Below the pieces are notes generated by a model. That model had not been told where the DNA came from. It worked only from the letters and a program-made list of their open reading frames with translations, and did no database searches. The translations under genes and the position numbers were made by a program. A stretch of DNA of 63,235 nt, the filler included, from Vannella sp. (lineage: Eukaryota): NCBI GenBank assembly GCA_023345925.1. It is 7 parts of 7 records of this genome, joined end to end, with 100 filler letters (N's around TTAATTAATTAA, not from the genome) between each part and the next. Parts side by side here need not be neighbours in the genome. Positions count along the whole stretch, not along the records: positions 41,340 to 50,224 come from JAJQQN010001021.1; positions 50,325 to 59,064 come from JAJQQN010000299.1; 5 more parts are not named here. One strand, given 5' to 3'. Positions 43,893 to 55,100 of this stretch are shown here, piece after piece. The first letter of the stretch is position 1, and every line of letters starts with the position of its first letter.

Positions 43893-45059
43893 ATGGAAAG
43901 CTCTTTGGCCTTCGTTGGAGGGGAGGAAGGCTCTTTTGTTGGTGCTGGTGGGGAGGGAGGCTCTGTTGAAGGAAGAGAATGTAGTGTAGGAAGGTTGGTA
44001 CGAGAGGGTGGGCTTTGCTGACGTGGAGGCAGGAGGAATCGGGGGAACTCGTGGGACAGAGTGAAAGAGGAGTGAAGACAACTCAGGGATGCGCTACTCA
44101 GCCGCTGGTACTTCCTTCTGAAGACCTTTGGCCACACATTCGACAATACGTGGTTCCTCCTTTGTCCTTTTCCTCCCACAAAGGACAATCCGGAAAGATT
44201 GGAGTCATTGGGGGGAGTGTCGAGTACACTGGAGCTCCCTTTTACGCAGCGTTCTCTGCACTTAAAGCTGGTGCAGACTTGGCCTTTGTGTATTGCACTT
44301 TGGAGGCCGCTGGTCCCATCAAAAGCTATTCTCCTGAACTTATCGTTTATCCCATTCTGGCCACGGAGGAAGCACACATTCAGGAGTCTATTGATAACAT
44401 TGGTAGTCACCTGGTCCGCTTGACGGCCTTGGTCATTGGACCAGGTCTGGGACGAGCAAGTGCCACTATGAAAGTCGTCTCTGGCGTTATCCGAAAGGCC
44501 TCAAAGTTGGATATTCCTCTTATCCTTGATGGAGTGAGTATATCTCTGCGTCTTTTGTGTTTACTAACTCCTGTAGGACGCACTTTGGCTATTGAGTGAG
44601 GACACTTCGCTTGTTAATGGGCACAGGAATGTGACTTTACTGCCCAACGCAGCAGAGTTTAAGAGGTTACAATCAAATCAACAAGAAACTGTACAAGAAA
44701 TGGCGAAGCGCTTCCAAGTGAGTGTGGTGGAGAAAGGAAGAGAGGACAGAATTGCCCTTCCCGCTATGATGACTTTCTGTCACCACCCCAACTCCATGAG
44801 GAGATGTGGAGGACAAGGCGACGTCCTTGCAGGCTGCATGGCAGTATTCCATGGGTGGCTTTGTGCTCAAAAAAACAAACAATCACTTCTGACGCCAGCG
44901 GAGGAAGATCAAATCCGCTTATCTGCCAGCCTGGCTGCTTGTACCCTCTTGCGTGAATGTAATGCGCGAGCCTTCTCCAAGCATCTGCGAGGCACCACCA
45001 CGGTGGAGATCATTTTTGAGATTCCATCTGTTTTCCACGACCTTTTCGATGCTCAATGA
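43893..45059 (+). CDS. NAXD: ATP-dependent NAD(P)HX dehydratase
   Basis: HKGQSGKIGVIGGSVEYTGAP, GADL, IGPGLGR, PNAAEF, RRCGGQGDVLAG; two short introns. Confidence 0.95.
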
Positions 45060-45232
45060 ATCTCAAATCGCTGGCGGGATCGTCCATCCCAATTGTCCTT
45101 ACCGCTGAGATCCCATAATGTATATGTTACGTATGAATTGGTCCAATAGGGAGACGCCGGAGTTCTTGACTTTTTCTGACGGTTCTGTCTTCTGCCTCCC
45201 ACACCGGCTTTGGTGTTATTCTCTTCTTCGCC

Positions 45233-45844
45233 ATGCAATTGACCCGTGTCACTCTCTGCTTGTTTCTTGTAGCGTGCGTTGCTGCTCAATGCAAGGTCGT
45301 GTCTCCCGTCAGCGGGCTCAACGTCACTGAGTTCACTGATCGCCCTTGGTACGTCCAAAAGCAAATGGTTGTTGCGTACTTGCCCATCAACGAGTTCTTC
45401 TGCGTTCGTGCAAACTACACCGTGACTAGCCCCACCACCATTGGCGTCTTCAACTACGCCAACATCGACAAAGTGAACGGTGCCCCCACTGGTGGAGACC
45501 TTTGCGCTGCTATCAAGACCCCTTCTATCCCTGCCAAGCTCTCCGTTGGTCCCTGCTTCCTCCCTAGCGCCCTCTATGGCCCATACTGGGTGCTCTCCGT
45601 TGGCCCTTCTGCTGATAACTATGAATACGCACTTATCAGTGGTGGACAACCCACTATCCAGACCAGCAACGGCTGCAAGACCGGCAGTGGCGTCAACAAC
45701 GCTGGCCTTTGGATCTTCTCTCGCACCCAGGTGGCTCCTGCCTCTGAGGTCAACATGGTACAGAACCAAGCTATCAGCCTTGGCTTCGACGTGAGCGTTC
45801 TCTCTCCCGTTGTCCAACAAGGTTGCATCTATCCTCCCCTCTAA
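45233..45844 (+). CDS. Secreted lipocalin (ApoD/Blc-like)
   Basis: Signal peptide; WYV, CVRANY, GPYWVL, YEYALISGG, GLWIFSR; paired Cys; intronless. Confidence 0.85.
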   Translation: MQLTRVTLCLFLVACVAAQCKVVSPVSGLNVTEFTDRPWYVQKQMVVAYLPINEFFCVRANYTVTSPTTIGVFNYANIDKVNGAPTGGDLCAAIKTPSIPAKLSVGPCFLPSALYGPYWVLSVGPSADNYEYALISGGQPTIQTSNGCKTGSGVNNAGLWIFSRTQVAPASEVNMVQNQAISLGFDVSVLSPVVQQGCIYPPL

Positions 45845-45915
45845 AGACCTCCTTCCTCCTCCCTTCCTCCTCCCTTGGTCAGACAGTGGAAGAAGCACAC
45901 ATCATCCATTGGGTC

Positions 45916-48491
45916 ATGTTCTCACCATTTCCTATGTACGGTGGAGAAGGGGAGTGGGAGGATGCGGGGTCTCGAGAGGGGAGCTTGAAGATGATCGAGA
46001 GGAGCTCTATTCACCGCATATGTTCAGGACAGGTCATCGTTGACCTCCGTTCTGCAGTCAAGGAGCTCGTGGAGAATGGTCTGGATGCAGGGGCTTCATC
46101 GATCAGCGTCTTGCTCGAGGATGGAGGCTTTCAGAGGATCCAAGTGGTTGATAATGGAGTTGGTATTGGACCACAAGACTTTAAAGCGATTGGGTTGAAG
46201 CACTACACCTCAAAACTTCGCACTTTCGAGCAACTAAGTGATGGGGTGGACTCTTTGGGCTTCCGTGGGGAAGCTATCTCATCCCTTTGCGCCTTATCAC
46301 GTTCACTTGAGATCACTACCCGCCGTGCTGATGATGCTAATGGAGTCCGTCTGATCTATGACCGCAACGGTGTCCTTCAAGAAACGCAAGTCACTTCTCA
46401 TCCTTGTGGAACCACGGTGGAGGTAAAGGAGCTATTCCAGCCCGCTCCAGTCAGACTAGAGAGCTACCGAAAGAGGCACAGACGGGAGTTGAATCAAGTA
46501 ATCACCCTCATGCAAGACTATGCCATTGCCCGACCTGAAGTGACATTCCGCCTTGTTGGAGACTCATATCGTCCAGTCCAGTCCATAAGCACAAGGTTTG
46601 GCAGACCTAAAGACAGAGGTATAGAGACTGAATCGAATAGGTCATCCCAAACAGTGTCTAAGACACTTTTAACTACTTCTGGGAGAGGAACAATGAAAGA
46701 GGCTATTCTGGCGGTCTTTGGAGTGCAGCAAGTTGCCTCTCTAGAAAAATTCTGCTTTAAGTCAGATTCAGATATAAGGTGAGATCCCTGCCATGAAGCT
46801 GATACCCTTCCTAAGGAGAGAAGTGTTGAAGGGTTTCTGTCCAAGTTGGAAGCCATTCATGGACGGCGGTCCGGTGATAGGCAGCTATTTACGCTGAATA
46901 ATAGGCCTGTTGATTTACCTCGCCTCAGCCGTCTTCTGAACGAACAGTATCGAAGAGTTTGCCCAAATAAGTTCCCAGTTGCCTTCCTTGCAATCAAGTT
47001 ACCCGCTGATTCATGTGATATCAATGTGACTCCTGATAAGCGGTCTGTTATGCTGGAGAAGGAGTCGGAGCTTCTAGAGAGTATCCGAGCATACATTGTC
47101 ACGTCTCATTGGTCTCTGGACTCTCTCCAACTTCCTTCCCTCTCTCCTTCATTGGGGAGAACTCAGAGTGCTCCACTGATTGAAGCTGAAACTGTTTCTA
47201 TTCCAGAGCCTCTTTCGTTTTCTCAAAGGCTCCAGACACTCCGAACCATCAAACCATCTCCGCTCATCCAGCCATCTCAACTCACCCAGCCATCTCAACT
47301 CATCCAGCCATCTCAACTCATCCAACCAAATCATAGTGAAAGTGGAAGAGCTCTTTCACGGCTTCATCTCACCCAGAGTACTCCGAATCTCAACCTAAAG
47401 GAGGAACAAGAAAGGGACGAGTATCGATGGAACCGGCGACCGGTAAAATTCCGGCAAACGCATGCTCGCTCTGAAGAGATTCTGAAGGATATCTACAGGG
47501 ATATATCCGGTGAAGATGACTTATCTATCGAATTGAATCATCTTCTGGAGCAGAATATTGTATCAATCACAGAAGACCATCCAATATTCCAAATGCATTA
47601 CCAAAACCATTCAGTTCATGATGAGATTGAAGGGCAACCAATGGAACACAACTTTTCCATGGCCAACGTTAAGTCGTTGATGGAAGCCCGTGCTCAGTAT
47701 CGGTCTCATAATCAGCATTCTGTTGATGAGTACGCTCAATTCCAATCAACCTTGGAGACTCCTGATAAGGAATGTTGTCAAGAGCTTTCTACGCGCTTTA
47801 ACAAATCGGACTTTTCCCAAGTTTTAGTGGTGAGGAGGACATTCTATCCCGCTCTGGCAAACATACTGAATGGCTGTTTAGTGCGGTCAATTCAATAAGG
47901 GATTTATCATTGGAAAGCTACAAGACGACCTATTCATCTTTGATCAGCACGCTTGTGATGAGAAGTTTAATTACGAAAGACTCTTACTTGAATTGAACAT
48001 CAAAGTACAACGTCTTTTGCAACCCATTCAGCTTCAGTTGTCCCCAGGAGATGAAGATATTGTCATCACAGAACAAGAGGCATTCAAATCCAACGGTTTC
48101 CAATTTGAGTACACCATTGAAAGAGAGCCTGGTCATCGAATCAGCCTCACCACCCTCCCCTACAGCAAGAATGTCACTTTTTCAACAGAAGGTAAACAAA
48201 ACCCGAATGTTCAGGACCTACCACTGAATGAGCAAAGATATGTTAGAATTGATAGGATTATTAAGAGACTCTCCAGGAGTGTTCTGTCGCCCAAGTAAAG
48301 TCAAGTCGATGATTGCATCCCGAGCCTGCCGTAGTTCTATCATGATTGGACAGAGCCTCTCTCTACCTAGCATGCACCAAATTCTTTCTCAAATGAATGG
48401 GCTCCAAAGCCCCTGGAACTGTCCTCACGGCCGCCCAACAATGCGGCACCTCCACTCCCTTCGCAACCCAGACATTGCCAATTTCGGATAA
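45916..48491 (+). CDS. PMS2: MutL homolog PMS2, multi-exon
   Basis: ICSGQV...KELVENGLDAG, GFRGEA, endonuclease motif DQHACDEKFNYE, ACR, CPHGRPTMRHL. Confidence 0.96.
47263..47330 (+). repeat. 18-bp coding tandem repeat (LIQPSQ x ~4) in PMS2 linker
   Basis: ctcatccagccatctcaa repeated. Confidence 0.9.
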
Positions 48492-48529
48492 TCTACTCAT
48501 TCAACACTCTTGAGCCTCATTCTTCGGTC

Positions 48530-49448
48530 ATGCTGAGCAAGCTGTTTGGTCTGGGGAGGAAGAACGCTCTTCAGGTTGAGCTTAGGGACCAAGAAGGGGA
48601 ACAGGGGCAGTTTGACATTGATAAGGAGTGGCTTAGAGTCAAAGCGCTGCAGAGGTGAGGAGGTGCGATTGGCTGATCCTTCCAAGCCCAAGGCAGAGGG
48701 ATCTACTCGTTTTGTTTGCCTTTCAGACACTCATGCCCTGCATGGTGACATCCCCTTTGTTCCAGAAGGCGATGTCTTGCTTCATGCTGGTGACTTCTCT
48801 AACATAGGCTTGAATGAAGACGTGATAAGCTTCAATCAATGGTTAGGGGATCAGCCCCACGCTCACAAAGTAGTGATTGCAGGCAACCACGACATTCCTT
48901 TCGACGCTGTGAACTATCTACCTGTAAGCAATCACCCTTGGGAGTCCCCCTTCAAACACTAAGTCGAGCAGAGCCTCTTTTCTGTATTCCACCAATCGAA
49001 GATGAAGTCTCCTTACGACCCTCTCGAGACTAAGCGTCTGCTCACAAACTGCATCTATCTGGAGGATCAGCTGACTGATGTACTGGGCTTCTCTATCTAT
49101 GGGAGTCCTTGGCAGCCCGAGTTCTTTGGTTGGGCGTTCAATCTTCCGAGAGATAGGAGTCTTCTCGACAAGTGGAGGCTTATCCCTGAGAAGGTGGATA
49201 TACTTATCACCCATGGTCCTCCACTAGGTCGTGGTGATCTTTGTGCTGCAGGGAATCGAGCGGGCTGCCATTATCTTCTTCAAGAGATCCAAGAGAGAAT
49301 CAAACCCCGCTTCCACATCTTCGGTCACATCCACGAGGATCCGGGAGCCTCCTCTGATGGAACAACTACTTTCATTAACGCATCTACTTGCACTTACAAC
49401 TACAAACCCTCGCAACCAGTCCTCGTGTTCGATATATGTAAACCCTAA
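48530..49448 (+). CDS. Metallophosphoesterase (MPPED1/2-like)
   Basis: SDTH, HAGD, GNHD, THGPP, FGHIHE motifs. Confidence 0.92.
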
Positions 49449-49522
49449 ACCCTACCACATTGAACCCTAAACCTAGTTTTGGGAATTTATCAAGAATGAG
49501 GAACATTCATTCTCAGGAGGCC

Positions 49523-50224
49523 ATGAGCGCCCCTCAACGTGGCGCGAGTAAGGCACGAGGAGGTCCTCAAGCCAAGAAGGACGACAGAAGAGGCCGAAAC
49601 TCGAATAAGCCAGAGAAAGAGGATCGCCCAGGTCCTTCTCGAGGGCGTGGAGGGAAGCCACCACGAGGGGGGCGAGGAACAGGCGCCCCACAACAGTCCA
49701 AAGAGCAAACAGCCAGACACCAGCCCCAGGGAAGGGTAAGAACTTGCCCCAAACACTGATCCATGACTAACAAGCACGTGAAGAAGCATCAGCAGGACCC
49801 ACAGGTCAACAAGAGTGGGATCCGAGCAATCGAAGCTCGCCAGATCACGATAAGGAACAAACTGTCGGGTTCTGAGGAGTCTACAGCAATGCTAGACAAC
49901 CGCTTTGCCATCAAAACAGAGTTCCTGTGTTTCCTTCCCTCTGATAACAACATCAACGACCCGGAGACGCTCCAAGCACTCCAACTCTTGAACAAGGACG
50001 TGAAAGAGCTCCTACGGCTCTCCTTCCATCACTTCTGGAGCACAGTTACCTTCACTAGGAGCTTCACCCTCTCCCTTGACTCTTTCCTTCGTCACTGGCG
50101 CACTGCCAATGTCCTTGGCAACTTGGTAGCCTCTGACGAGCTCTCCTTTGGAGGAAGTCGCGAAAAGAAGGAGATCAGACCCGAAGAGGAGCAGCGCCGC
50201 ACGCTTTTCTTGAACATGTGGAAG
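49523..50224 (+). CDS. ASCC2: ASCC2/Cue3-like protein, N-terminal part (3'-truncated)
   Basis: LNKDVKELLRLSFHHFWS.V......LDSFLRH resembles the ASCC2 N-terminal block; RG-rich leader. Confidence 0.65.
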
Positions 50225-50324
50225 NNNNNNNNNNNNNNNNNNNNNNNNNNNNNNNNNNNNNNNNNNNNTTAATTAATTAANNNNNNNNNNNNNNNNNNNN
50301 NNNNNNNNNNNNNNNNNNNNNNNN
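50225..50324. other. Artificial contig linker
   Basis: 44N-TTAATTAATTAA-44N. Confidence 0.97.
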
Positions 50325-50727
50325 GCTTCACCACCATGGTAAAGTGCTCTCAGAAAAGCTGTGTAAGCTGTTGCCTTCAGCTCACGCCTTCTTGTCCGAG
50401 GTTGCCACCTTGGGAATCGCCCCTCATGAAAACACAGCTTCATCAGATGCCAGAGTTTGGAGCCGTCCCAGAGTTTTTTATGGCAATGCCAGTTGCGCAA
50501 GAAGAAACTCAACAATCCTTCTATATATAAATCAGAACAATTATTGTAGTCATTGTTGATGATCCGGAACTGAAAAATATCCATTCAATGAATAATGATC
50601 TCCACCAATCAGGAGGTGGTACACAATTCTGCTTCGGTGGAGCGCCAATACGAAGTGGACCTTGAATGGAGGCAAATCCCAAAGGTCTTCTGGATGGCGA
50701 TCAAGAGAAGGGGAAGGAGTGTTATCT

Positions 50728-51903
50728 TTAGTTTGGCTGGAATAGGTTGATAATCATCGCAGCCTCTTCTTGGAGGGAGGCAATCGTTTGTTCCAAAATG
50801 GTGTTCCATTGGATGGCTTCTTGCTCTGTTCCAAACGATACAACGAAGACTTGTGTTGCTGAGTCTATTGCTAGCATACTGCGTTCGAGCCTGGCAGGCA
50901 TTTGTTGATGAGAGAAAACTCGGGAGTTGTAGAACAATCGAATGCAGCCCAAGTATTCTGGTGAGCAAACAAGCTGCTTTTTCTTGTAGAAGAGCAGTCC
51001 TCTGGGTGTTAACATTATCCACTTCTTTTTCTGTAGCTTTCCCACTTTGAAGCGGCCCCAGCCTGCTTTAATTGGTTCTCGCAAATCAGAGGGGAGAATC
51101 TCTTGCCGCTCTCTCTCCAAATTTGTTGGATCTTCTTGGACAATCTGTTCTTTGTGGACGGTATTGTAGATGTCTGCAAGATCTTCTTCAGGAAGGTCAA
51201 TTCCAACACTCCTCATGTTCTTCAGGAAGGACTTCAAAGAGAGTTTCTGAGGCACCTTCGGATTGTGAGCATCAGTATTCAGCATTATTATAGAATACAA
51301 TAACGTGAAGACTTGATCAGAAGAAGAGAAGCCGGAATCGGGGTGGGAAACGAAAAAGTTATCTGAAAGTGCTGTGATGGCCATGGCCTGGCCACCTTGG
51401 TTAAAGATGTTCCCAAAATGGTTGGAGAACAGCCGAAGGGATCCCACGATATTCACATGCCGTGTGTCTACTCCCTTAATGGTATCAATGAAGATAGACT
51501 CAGGAAGGCCAAATTCCTCTGGATGAGACACTACATTGTAGACTCTCTTATGAGACAGGCCTGGTGTAAGGCGAAGAAAGTCCACTAGAGACTTTCCATC
51601 TGTCAGGAGGTTCTCTTGAAACATGCCTTGGAGGCAAAGCTCTGGGTTCTCATTGAAAAAGGAAACTCTACGAGAGGGATTCGCTCTCCATCGGTACTCT
51701 TCTCTCCAGTCGAAGATGCCTCCTTCTGGTAGTGGACGTAGTTTAGCTGCTTCTCCAAATCTCCGTTGAAACTGGCGCTGCCAGAGCGTGGGGTCATCCA
51801 CCAAGCGCTTAAAGAGAAGACAAGTCCGCCGCAGAAGGCCCAGCGCTTCAGGAGGCACCCGCGAGAACACTTCAATCCAGAGCTCTTCCGGAATATCAAC
51901 CAT
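50728..51903 (-). CDS. F-box + Sec7 + PH domain protein
   Basis: F-box DIPEELWIEVFS...TCLLFKRLVDDPTLW; Sec7 motif 2 LLYSIIMLNTDAHNP; PH KAGW..K...KKKWIML...EAIQW. Confidence 0.9.
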   Translation of the reverse strand: MVDIPEELWIEVFSRVPPEALGLLRRTCLLFKRLVDDPTLWQRQFQRRFGEAAKLRPLPEGGIFDWREEYRWRANPSRRVSFFNENPELCLQGMFQENLLTDGKSLVDFLRLTPGLSHKRVYNVVSHPEEFGLPESIFIDTIKGVDTRHVNIVGSLRLFSNHFGNIFNQGGQAMAITALSDNFFVSHPDSGFSSSDQVFTLLYSIIMLNTDAHNPKVPQKLSLKSFLKNMRSVGIDLPEEDLADIYNTVHKEQIVQEDPTNLERERQEILPSDLREPIKAGWGRFKVGKLQKKKWIMLTPRGLLFYKKKQLVCSPEYLGCIRLFYNSRVFSHQQMPARLERSMLAIDSATQVFVVSFGTEQEAIQWNTILEQTIASLQEEAAMIINLFQPN

Positions 51904-51984
51904 TAGCGCGCAGTCAACAAAGAGTGGCCTTTCGTTCCCCCTCTGGAACCAAATGTGCCGAAGGCTGAGCCAGCACTTGCTGGT

Positions 51985-52050
51985 CCAAAGGGAAATGTCC
52001 AATTATGGCCAAGGGGAAATGTCCAATTATGGCCAAGGGGAAATGTCCAA
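51985..52050 (+). repeat. 24-bp tandem repeat in divergent intergenic region
   Basis: ccaaggggaaatgtccaattatgg x ~2.7. Confidence 0.9.
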
Positions 52051-52173
52051 GACATTGGAGAAAGATCGTTTCAAGTTCTCTTATCGAACAAAAAATTAAA
52101 TGGCGGCATTTAGCTCTCGTGAATTGGACCAAAATGGGACGATGTTTGGCATTATTGGCGTCAGGCACATTGG

Positions 52174-55100
52174 ATGCTGCTTCGGCTCAGGGAGATCTTT
52201 GAATTCCACACTCTTGTTCACAAAGGGCCACTCTTCTCGCTATGGGAGGTCTCTGACAACCACGGGGCTTCCTTTCTATTGAAGACTTTGAACAAGGAAG
52301 TGCTGCATGTGGAATCGCTGGTTCTCCTGCGGCGTGAGTACGAGTTGCTCCTCCGGCTCAACTTGAACAAACCTCAGGAGTACCTGGAGACTCATCAGAG
52401 TGCTGCAATCGTTTGGCCTGGAACACATTCCCGCCCTCTGCGGCAACTCCTCCAAGCAGGCCCGCTTCGACAGGAGCAGTTCCTTCAGATAGCAAAGCAA
52501 CTAGCATTCACCATCAACCAACTTCATTCACAAGGAATCATCCACCAGGGGCTCACAACAGGCAACATCTTCGTTGAGCCGTCCTCCTTAATTGTGTATC
52601 TCTTCTCTTTGGAGTCTGCTGCCTACTGGAAGGAGAGAGCCCTTAACTTAGATCCTACACCACTAGAAGGTCTTAGTAAAGACGCCTTCCAATACATGAG
52701 CCCCGAGCAAACTGGTAAGATTGATCGACCGGTGGACTTTCGATCCGACCTCTACAGCTTAGGGATCGTCTTTTACGAGATGCTATGGGGACGATCTCCA
52801 TTCATTGACATTACGAACCCTACAGCTCTGCTGTACGCTCATGTGGGAGTGAACATCCCAGCTCTCCATCTCCTCGACACTGCCAACCCTATTTCCTCTG
52901 TTGTTAGTCACATCATCACTAAGCTCTTACAGAAGGACGCAGAGAGTCGCTATCAAAGTGCGTTGGGACTTCTCTATGACTTAGAACACTGTGGAGGCTA
53001 CTTGGATCAATCTAATCGAAGTACTCCCCGCCGTAGTTCCCTTGATGCAACAACGGAGGCTCCAAAGTTAGCTCCATCCATCTACTCTCAAGAGAGAAGG
53101 TCCTCTGAGGCATTGGTGAGAGGTGCAGACGCTAACGCACCGGAAAACCCGCAACAATTGCACACTCTGGGAAGGGGAGATCGTCATCCCATGGTCTTGG
53201 GCTCCCACGACAAGCGCTCCTTCTTAACACATTCTGGGAGACTATATGGCCTCCATCAGAGAGTAGAATCTATTCAAGAGTGCTACAGGAGCTGTTCCCG
53301 TCTCAAAGAGGCTTTTGTTGTCACGGTTGAGGGACTTTCTGGGTCCGGTAAAACCACCTTGTAAGTCATTAACTTACTCAGTGCTTACAGCCTAACTGTT
53401 TGCAGAGTGACCAAGGCCCTATTTTCTATTGTAAAGGATCAATCAAAAGGGATCTTCGAAGAAGCGGCCAAGATTGTCGCTGCAAAGGTAAGTGATGCAC
53501 CAAAGACGCCCAGCTTTTAGTAACAGGATCATTAGGGAAAGTTCGACCAGATGAACACGTCAGTCTATCAGGGTATTGTGGACTTTCTTAAGGACCTCCT
53601 TTACCAAGCTATTGGACACTGGGGGCGATCTGCTGTTTCAGATACTCTCAAAGTGATAGATGGCCGCAATATTCAAGTTCTCATTGAGCAGCTTCTTCCA
53701 GAACTAAGAAGCTTCGGAAATTCTCATACGGTGACAGCTTATGCACTACCTCCAATGGAGAGTCGCCATCGATTAGAAAACGCTCTTTGCCTGTTCGTAC
53801 GGGCCATTTCCAAACTTTACACACATCCAATGATGGCATTCCTTGATGACATCCAGTGGGCAGCACCCTCAAGTGTCTCACTCATCCAATCTCTGATGAG
53901 AAACACGACAGTATTCTTCATCCTATCATATCGCGCGAATAGCAAAAACCAGTGGAGTTCTGTTACAAAGCTCGAAGAGGAAGCACAAAAGAGGCCAAAA
54001 TTTTATCTTAAGATCAATCTTCCTGGCTTATCTCTCAGCGAGGTTCGTCATCTAGCAGCTGATATGATGGGATCTTCTATCAGCTTAATTGAGGATCTAG
54101 CTTCAACTCTGCACCATAAGACGAAAGGAAATCCATTTTTTCTAACCAAATTAATATCCTATCTAGTGGATGAGAATCTTCTCCGGTTTGACTTCGGCAG
54201 CCAAACTTGGTGTTATAACCTGAAAAAGATCAAAGACATCTCCCAAACTGAAAGTATTGGCGAAACAATATCAAAGGAGATTGCTGTGTTGGATGAGCCA
54301 ACTAGGGATCTCCTAGCCCGAGCATCTTGTATTGGATATCGATTTGATTTCAGCACCCTCACTCTGATCTCAGGTCTTGAATCACATACTGCAATTGCTA
54401 TCCTGAGCAAAGCGACTTACCTTGGGTTCATTCAACTGCAAAAGGCAGACTACTTGAGTGCAGAAACTGGGAGCATCTTTTATCAATTCCTGCACGATCG
54501 TATCTACGAAAGCTTCAACGATTTACTAGAGCTTGATTTAAAGCTGAAGCTTCACTACCAGATTGGACATACTCTTCTCGAACACCTCCGCTCTTCCCCT
54601 GAAATGTTGGACGCCTCCCTTTTCGAGGTGGTCAGACACTTAAACAAAGTCAAATCCCTACCTTTTGTTACTAGAGAGGATCGCCTAACGCTGCTGCAGC
54701 TCAATCTCAAAGCCAAATCCCGTTCTCAATCGGCTGGAAACATTGACAACGCACTGAATTCAGCACTCATTTGCAACCAACTACTCGAAGAGCTTCATGG
54801 AGCTGATTGTTGGTCAATCGAACATGAAATAGCATTAGAAATCTTCATTGCAATTGCAGAGTCGTACTTTCTTCTTCATGATTACGAAAAATCTACAAAA
54901 TACTTCCAGTTGGCTCAGGCTCGAGTACGCACCATCAGTGAAGAAGCAGAAATCGTGAAAAAGAACATAGATCTCTTACTTGCTGAAGGGCAGTTTGCAG
55001 CGATTGTTGATATCTCTATTGACATGCTTAATCGATTAGGAGCTCCTAATCTGGCTCGAGGTCAAACAAGAGAGGAAACTTTCTCTTTTTGGTATCAGCA

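Noticed and set aside
50325..50727. Possible gene fragment at contig start
   Set aside because: Only short ORFs, no recognisable motif or consistent splice model.
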